A stretch of 64,000 nucleotides of DNA from Tubiluchus corallicola (taxonomy: Eukaryota; Animalia; Priapulida): the NCBI GenBank assembly GCA_030141605.1, contig JAQGDQ010000018.1:1116001-1180000 (forward strand). The letters run 5' to 3'. The position numbers were made by a program, and so were the translations under genes. Shown here piece after piece: positions 55,546 through 64,000 of this stretch. The notes beneath the pieces were generated by a model. That model saw nothing but the letters and a program-made list of their open reading frames with translations, had not been told where the DNA came from and made no database searches. Each line of letters starts with the position of its first letter. The stretch's first letter is position 1.

Positions 55546-58500
55546 TTAGTCGGTGTTAAGAAGAAGGCAAACACCTTGCAAGACCCAATGGCTGATGTGC
55601 TCACCAGTGGCTAAGTCAGCTTCAAAAACTAATCCAATACCCATTGCATTCCGGCGTAAAGATGTGGTGTATACAGGGGTACGAAATGTATTCTAAAACA
55701 GAACCACATTTTAGGTATAAAAACATCAAATAACAAACAACTATTCATACATACATAAACACTTACATAGTGCCATATTATTTGCACAGCCCTTGGCCCA
55801 TTCATACCATGGGTACTTTTTTAGTTTACATGGCAGCTAAAATTCATGTTAACTCATAATAAAGGCAGATAACACATTTTACAGCAGGTTCTAGATGTTT
55901 TGTTCTGTATAGGTTGAAAATTACCAGTTGCAATTTGGTGAGCACGTAGAACTTTTTACCCAGCACATAGACTACTACGAGTAACAACGTGAGGTTTCTT
56001 ACAGCTCAATAAAAATCCCATGACTGGTTATGGGCTTAACTGCATGTAAACATAGGTGCCTTGTTTGCATCCTCAAAAATATGTGCACCCAGAAATAACC
56101 AATTTATCATCATGTTTAAATAAATTTGGCAATAAAAAATGCAGTCAATTATGTCCAGCATGTTGTCCACACAGAAAAATGTTAAAAGAATTCTTGCTTG
56201 TTGCTTCAAATGAAAATTAGATGTCTGTTCAGACCCTAGCTCATTTTGACACCAGGTCCAAAGTATAGACATTATTTTCTACAACAAGTGGCAAAGTATT
56301 TCTCATATTTCAATATTAGTTTAGAAACTTAATTAATTGTCTGTGATTGCAGTTAACAATTAAGACAGAAGCTTTGCTGGTAGGTACAAATTCCAATGGC
56401 AGGGTCCTTGACTAGTATTTGTAAAAGCAAAGTTTGCAATACTTTGTTGCTGAGTACACACTGATAGTGCCCCATGAAAACCTGCTAATTTTACAAAAGT
56501 TCACATGTTTATTGTTGGACCAACACAAGAGTTTATAAAAGTGTCCTGACATCTTGACTGAGTTGTGTAACTAGCCATTCTCTGCTGAATGGGCAAATAC
56601 AACAGGTATACTTTGCACAATGCATATCAATGAAACAGGCCCATTTAAGTAGGAAACTTGTAACATTAGAAAGCTAACAGAATTTGATTTGGTCTTCGAG
56701 GTAAAATGTCTTAATATAAATCATACATTATTAAAAACTTCTATTTTTGTATAACTGTTTTAGACTGTAAGTTATTTTGTGTTTTACTCTAAAATTTGGT
56801 GCCATTTCTTTAAATGGATCTATTTATTTTACAGTTTAATCTGTGTCTCTATGGATGGATTGTATTACAGTAAGCATGTGTATCTCTGTAATGTCCAACT
56901 CATAATTACACCCACCTGTAATTTCAAGCGGTGAGCCTCTATAGGAATCACTTTAAGTATTGGCAGTTCTTGGATCAATTCTTTAGGCTTGGATCTGGTC
57001 AGACAACTGCGTTGAAAATCCCAGGCAGCTCCTTCTAAATATAAGCCAGTCACATAACAACCTAATGACAGAAAAAAAGTTCAAGTTTAAAAAAGTGCGA
57101 GAGGGTCTAATAGAGTAAATGATAGCGCTCAATAAAGAAGCACTCCATAAACATTGCTAGTTCAAGTACAAATGTTGTAACCATGCAGGTCACAGCAATT
57201 GAGAACCTCCAACGAGCATTTAGACGAGCAACTGTAAAGTAATTCTACACGTCATCCATTTACAGGTGAAGGAATAATGTGCTTGTGTCGAAATTTCCTA
57301 AGCCTGCTAAAATAATACATCAATGGGTTTGTTTTTGTAATGTTCTTGTCTTGATTTGAGGTTTAATCTTATATCAAAAACAAAGACTGAAACCTTGTCA
57401 AATAAATTAGCCAAATAACTAAAAAATGGCAGACTTTTCTGTCAGTATTTCAATGTTTTACATTTGAGTGCTGAGGCACAGGCCTCCTTTCATAAACATG
57501 CTACGTGTTACCTTTGATCACCATAACCTTTATCACTGTAATGCATCATGATCACTTCATAACACTCAACTTACATTGGCAGTTTACTTACCTCATTTTA
57601 ACAAAAGCATAACATGTATGTAGTTAATGAGTGTCATTCCTGATTGTCTCGATTGTTCAGTTTTATGTGAAAAGCTACATGAAATGACTTAATATCACAT
57701 TCTTCTCTTGCCTCGTTTTTACAACTTATTTCTTAGTAATTTTTCACTGTTTTAATTAAAAATTGTAACAGTTGCATAGATCACTTGCCTTGGTGTGCTC
57801 GCTCAGGAACATCATCTGGAGCGACGTAGCTTGTCACTGATGTGTATAGCGTGCTTTTATCTAGTGGCCAGCCATTTCTTCGACAAGTTGCTTGCACTAG
57901 TGCTGTAAGATAGGACTCTGGAATGTGTAAGCCTGACAACCAGATTACTGCTGGTTCAATGTTGTTAACCTACAATAAAAAGAGAAAACACTAGTCTACT
58001 ACTTTTACCAAAAAAATGCAACTCCTTACAGTTTACCATTTTGAAAAATTATTTGGTATAAGTTAATAGAGTAACATAACAAAGTTTCAACATTATGATC
58101 CCTACCCAAGTCAGATATTGTTCATGTCGACGTAGGAAGTGAATCATCCAATTTCCGAGAGACTTGAGAGTGTCTGGTGCAAGCCGCCTCCAAATCGTGG
58201 GCAATGTACCATTAAATAATGCACGTGCTACATCATCTAGTTCATTACTCATACCAACTTCTCCAGCCAAAGCCTAAAAATATAGACATTCTGTTTAAAA
58301 CTTCAAACATCAAATCTGTTATAATGGTCATAACCAAGCTATTATTTTATTACAGAAACTATGTCATGATAACAAACATATCTCAAGCAAGTAGAAATGC
58401 AGCTAAGATTCCTGCTCTTTTCCCAAACAGCCCTACAGAGTGAAAAATTAAAAATTTAGTTAATAAACGTCAGTTTGATGAACTATGACCATTTACATGG

Positions 58501-61500
58501 GACTTGAAGAATGCATGACTGAAGTTGGTTGGTTCCTAAATAATTAATAAGACATTTGTCAAAATAATTTTTATTAATTGGTAAACATAATATGATATCA
58601 GTTTATTTCATACAAGAATCAGAGATAAGCTTCACTACAATCGAGCAGTTGCATGCAAGAAATTTAATCAGCAAGTTTTCTCATGCTGATATCCATCAGT
58701 TGTAGTTTGTTATCATCATCATCATCACCTTCATTAATTAAATGTTTTAATGCACTGAATTTTGATGTCAAACAAATGTTAAACATATAATGATGAAAAC
58801 AAGAGCTGAAATATAACAAAATATATTACTGAAATAATCATACTAATAACAAAACCAAACTCCTTTTACGGATCATTAAATGTGAACTAATAATTTTGTA
58901 AGACCTCAGTAAACTTACTTTCTTTAATGTGTTTAGAGAATTGAACATTCGGCTAATAAGTTTATTAAAGCGTTCTATTTCCTGTAGCAAAACCACGGTT
59001 GTAGGATTCACATCCACTCCGTATCGCTTCCTAATTTTGTCCAAGTCAAAACGTTCTGGAAGCTTGCTCAAAATGTCAGTTGCAATCTTGTCTATAAATT
59101 CCTCTCTGCTAATGCCAGTACCAGATTCACCTGTAGAAAGGCAAAAACTTAACAAAAACATCAACATCAACATAGCTCAAAAATTTACAATTCTTAGTGG
59201 GACCTAAATTATGTATAGAAAAACTAACTCTTCTAACTTATTTAAAACAGTGGACAAAACTCAGAAAGATGGATATCATCACTACAGTTTCTCTATCTAT
59301 GTAAGGCACTGGCTTAAAGGGGGAATATTATGAAAATCAAGTTTAACTTATTTTATAGTTGCCTTCCCCGGGAACTACTTGGCGAAATTTTTTTAGCAGT
59401 ACGTTGCCTAATAAATGAGTAATTAACTTTTTTGCATCTCACGGGAAACGCCATGGAGCTGCACTTGCGCCTCTCCCGGTGAAAAAATTGAACTAGTGCA
59501 GCTCAGGCTTATGACGTAACAGAGTGTACACGCAGCCTGTTGTGATACTGTCGTACACAACTGGGCTAAAAATAAAGCTGTTATTACTACATTACAGCAT
59601 TTGACCTTGGTTCGGATAGATAGTCAGCTGATAGAAACGATTGTCGTTGCACTCGTTAACATGTTTTCATCAAAAGCGATATTTTACTACCGTCGAAAGT
59701 TATAGGTCCATTATAGTGTATTCTAATAAAGGTAAACGATCATTGCACAAAAGTAGTCCTACAGCATATTGTGAAAATTCTTGTGGCATTAATTGAAAAC
59801 ATCGTCAGCAATACAAGCTGCAAAAGTGTGGGCCTTGGTAACAAAAGTTCTTTTCTTGTAAAACAAGTCCAATATAGTAACTTCATTCTGCTAGAAGAAT
59901 TAATGAATTTGTAGACACAGAGAAACTCACTGAAGCATAACTATAATGCTAGTGTGACAATTTTTAGTGACAGCTTAGCCTTGACAAAAAATATGTGATC
60001 CCCATAGACACAGAGACTATAGTGACTAAACATATATGAACATTTTTAACTTTGTCGTGTTTCAATCAGTAAGACTTTGAATACCAAGCAGAACTTTAAC
60101 CGCTGTTCATTAGTTTTTGTTTTTACATGATAACATCATGATGTGTTTATTTTTGCACAGCAGTATTATTAAAATATTAGGATTAAATAAAATTCTTGTG
60201 GTCAGTTGAACTGAAATAAAAATTAATGATAATAATACATTTATTATTAATATAATTATTATTCACTTTTACAAAATAAAAAACTAACGATATAATGTGG
60301 TTCGATGACAAAATAATTATTTATTGTGTTGTTTCAAGCAAGGTGATTCTGACACTTATTTTATTACACAGTTGAAAAAAGTATATGTAGTACAAATTAA
60401 TCTAGTACAATGCTCTTTGTGCTACACGAATTACCAAATATACTGAAGTCATTGTTTATGGTGTAAGAATTAACAATTTGCAGTTGTCAATTTACGATTT
60501 ACAATGTTTTTTCTTTAGTTAATATTCAAAATTCAGAAAAAAGCATCATAAAAAAAATTTTAACACAAAAAAATTACACTACATAATGTAATTGTGATAT
60601 TTTTATTGAAATGGATACAAATCTCGAGATGACTAAACTGCATCGATAAACTATGAACTTGGGCTTAAAATGAAACAAAAAGACACTACAATAACTGCAT
60701 CTGACTGAATCTCTCCGAAGTGTAAGCACAATATTTTTAATACTAGAGTTCATCATGTTCTAAACTCACGTTTCAAGGCAAACAGCCGAGAAATTATCAC
60801 ACAGTTTGTAGGAGTAAATCCAGGTTTTTAAATTGTACTTTCATTGCTTCAATAATTTTCTGTTGCACATTGGAAACTAAAAGTTATTATATTTTGGCTT
60901 CGTATTTCGATACTTTCCATCTGACTGCTGCATCCCATGTAATTGCTGAATCCTAGTGTAACACATTCCACGACCGTTTTTCAATAAGAACAATCAAGAC
61001 CGAAACCTAGCAAATCACGCAATCAATTCACAATAAGCTAATATTTACCGTGATACCGTCACTAGGTATAAACTGCGTAAAAGTATTGTATGCTGAACGC
61101 TGTCTGTCGATGTAAACAAATACTCAAAGAAGTGTTGTGTACAATCTACAATCGTTCTCACCTTGGGCATTTTGCCAAGTTTCATCTGTAGTATGGCAAT
61201 TTCGCCACCAGAGGCGCAGGCGCAGATACATGCTCAATGGCGGCCTAGTCAAATGTTCATTTTGTATACAATTTTATCTGAACTTTTGCCAAGGATTCTT
61301 AAACATGAAGGTTTCGTGAAGAATGAGGTACGTATTTCTATTCACAATATAATCACGAGTTATTCAAGCTCAACTTAATTTTGATGATATTCCCCCTTTA
61401 AAACATGCAGCTTAAAATACGCTTCAGTGGATTTTTCCAGATGTTTGTTATATATCTTACCGGTTTGTGGTTGAAGTTCAACTAGATGTCCCCACATGTC

Positions 61501-63537
61501 TCGTGCAGCTTGTGTATAATAGCCAATCTCTGCATTTGGATGTAGACCAAACACTTCGGGGGTGTTTGTCAAAGGCAGCTCATCAATGTAAGCTATGAAA
61601 ATATAATCAAATGCAAGAATTACTATTCCTGATACAATTGAACGTTGTATTTGAATTTGAACTAGTAAGTATGTTAAACCATTATCAAATAGAAAAAAAT
61701 GTTGTGCTCACTCTCATGCCATTAATTATTCTGACAATTTCACTTGCTGTTTACTAACATAACAGAACAAGTCCACTTACGAAAATGGTAGTGAAAAGGC
61801 TAAATATAAAGCTAGTCAAGAAATTTATTATCCATATCAACACACAAAAGTAATATGACGAACATTGTCATTTTCACCATTGTGACCTGCAGTTGACTTT
61901 AAACCACCATGTAATAGACAAGTTTAACTCATTTGCTTATCAATTTTGATTAGATCTTTAATAAGGCCTAGTACACAAAAGTACACTACCAAAATGATAC
62001 ACTTCACTAACGACAGAGCTTCTTTCCATAGGCTGGTGATGAAGTGATGCTCTAAATGACCTGACAATGACGTTGTGAGGTCATAGTTAAAAAATGACAA
62101 CATTTTTGCATTTATATGGTGCATTTTCCTATCAGACATTAACACACAATTTTCTTCTATGATGGATTGTCCAGGAGATGCAATCTACTTTTGCCCTCCA
62201 CAGGTGCCATCAAGATGCAAAGGAAATGATATGAATGGACATAGATGACAAGCAAGGTCAATCTGCAACTGATTTTGAATGCTATTGCAAGTAATGATAA
62301 TATGAAAAAATTAATTTCTGTGACCCATTTTCAATAACAATGAAGCACTGATGTTCCTAATTAGGTTACAATTGTATGTGATGTCGTAGGTGAAAAACTT
62401 CAGCATTTTTGGAATCCTCTGGTGCACTTTCCCATTGAGACCACATTCTAACAGAATCTGAAGAGAAAAATTCTGCTGCAATTTGCTCTAAGTTGTTTGA
62501 TATCTTTACCCCCCTAATCATTTAATTGGCTTCATAGTTGATCTAGATAATCGTTTTCGAGTTGACAACTGGTTATATGCAACTAATGAATTAAACAACA
62601 CATTCTAGGTTGATTTCTTTTAAACCAAAGCATTCAGTGAATATAGTACTGTGATACAATACCGTAATTAAATTGCTGCACTAGTTGTATTGAAACTAAA
62701 TTTTGTCGGGAACAGATTTTTTATGACACTTATCTCTGTTATTTACTGCTTTTCTGATGCCCTAGACATTTTTGAAACAAAATGTTGTCATATTAACAAA
62801 ATGCAAATGTAAACTTGTGGTGTCGTCTTCTGCTTCACTCATTTTAAAAGCTCCGCGTAAAACACCGAATTAATGTGAAAAACCAGAAAGGGCAAAATCA
62901 GTTGACTGGCATTAATTGTTATGTCACATATTAACGCATATGTTTAATTTAATGAAGCAATGATTCTTAACAAATATCATGAGAGTTGGGAAATTATAGT
63001 AAGTTCGTGAACAAAAGGAAAAAATTAGGTACAACATTAAATTTTTTTGGTGTCCAACTATGTCATGCCCAAGTCCCAGTGCCCAAATGTCTTGTGTGCA
63101 AATGTCCTGTGCCCTAATGACCACAGTCAAATATCATGTACCCAGTAATGAACAAGAAAATATTAATATAATTTACAGGCTTCTCTGCAAGCCGTAACTC
63201 AGCACTGAATGACTGAGTCTACTTAATGTACAAGGTTGTGGTGGAACCAAAATCTAGCTCATTATCAAGGACTATTCTACAAGATTAAACAGTGAACCGG
63301 TGGAAATGTCTTGACAATGTTTAGATCTACAACTATTGTCTCTCAATTGTGCCAAATAAAAGTACCTAGGTAGTTATCTCGTTGACCATGCTCTGGTATA
63401 CGATAATCCACCTCGTCATTGTGAAAAAAGTGAAATGGCTGAAAGTCATCAAAAATGAAATCACCCATATACTCATTCATATAAGTATTTACAACACGAC
63501 GGTCAAAATCATCTATGACTCGGCCACCATACATAAC
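55546..63537 (-). CDS. DNAH10: Axonemal dynein heavy chain 10, C-terminal part (gene continues beyond the window). Exons 63537-63366, 61592-61461, 59130-58919, 58273-58106, 57969-57789, 57061-56916, 55692-55546
   Basis: VMYGGRVIDDFDRR...FQPFHFF, NTPEVFGLHPNAEIGYYTQAARDMW, LAGEVGMSNELDDVAR, WRRLAPDTLKSLGNW, WLSGLHIPESYLTALVQATCR, PIEAHRLKLQNTFRTPVYTTS, HWVLQGVCLLLNTD*. These closely match the DNAH10 C-terminus as recalled. Confidence 0.93.
59318..61397. mobile_element. Non-autonomous Kolobok-like DNA transposon (~2.08 kb) in a DNAH10 intron
   Basis: TTAA on both sides (59314-59317, 61398-61401). Imperfect ~30-bp TIRs: AGGGGGAATATTATGAAAATCAAGTT vs AGGGGGAATATCATCAAAATTAAGTT. Purine-starting termini with TTAA target fit Kolobok better than piggyBac. 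Confidence 0.75.
63065..63120. repeat. Short degenerate ~15-bp tandem repeat (gtgcccaaatgtcct)
   Basis: Three to four imperfect units in a DNAH10 intron. Confidence 0.55.
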
Positions 63538-64000
63538 CTGGAAGAGAGAATCATTCAGCTAATCGCTTCTTTGCATTTGTAAGTAAACAAGTTGATTAAT
63601 AGAACTGCATGACAAAACGTACGGTTGAATCTATAATGCAAACACATAAATAAAGAACTTGTGCATTAGATATAAGCATACATGAAAAAATATAGATTAC
63701 TGCTGTTCGCTTGGGAAAGTATGGTTAACAATTTTCGTGTTTATCTTACCATGTCAAAGAAGTTCTAACAAATAAAGTGAGACGAATGATTACAAAAAGT
63801 TCATGAGAAACTCATAAAACCCTTCTTGTTACCATGTCATATATCCACTATGACACGTGTCAATCTCATTGTTTGTCCAATTAAAATTCATGCGTGTTGG
63901 AAGTTTTGGAAGAAGAGCCAGATGCATAAATTTCACTAATAAACTCGCTACTGGTTCCCTTATAGGAGCTTTAATGTCAGCTTTATTTGATGGTAGGAAT

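Overview
AT-rich, intron-rich animal (invertebrate-like) nuclear DNA; nothing prokaryotic, no CRISPR or rRNA. Exons were assembled by hand with splice sites and intron phases checked. Six protein-coding genes are present: a Cas-family adaptor (BCAR1/NEDD9-like, +, with a ~16 kb 5' region), SMIM13 (-, 73 aa, missed by the ORF track), proteasome beta5 (PSMB5, +), LSM14 (-) head-to-head with TAF4 (+), and the 3' end of axonemal dynein DNAH10 (-). Introns and intergenic DNA carry non-autonomous DNA transposons (Kolobok-, Tigger/pogo-, hAT-, Harbinger-like), a LINE RT fragment and microsatellites. Most notable: (i) an array of candidate alternative first exons for Cas, all in phase 0, two with di-cysteine motifs; (ii) gene-pair arrangements that match the human NEDD9-SMIM13 and TAF4-LSM14B pairs as I recall them; (iii) two GC-AG introns; (iv) a candidate 24-nt LSM14 microexon; (v) a duplication with a templated-insertion junction. 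I see no clear evidence of a wholly new biological system; these are hypotheses that need RNA-seq or comparative data.
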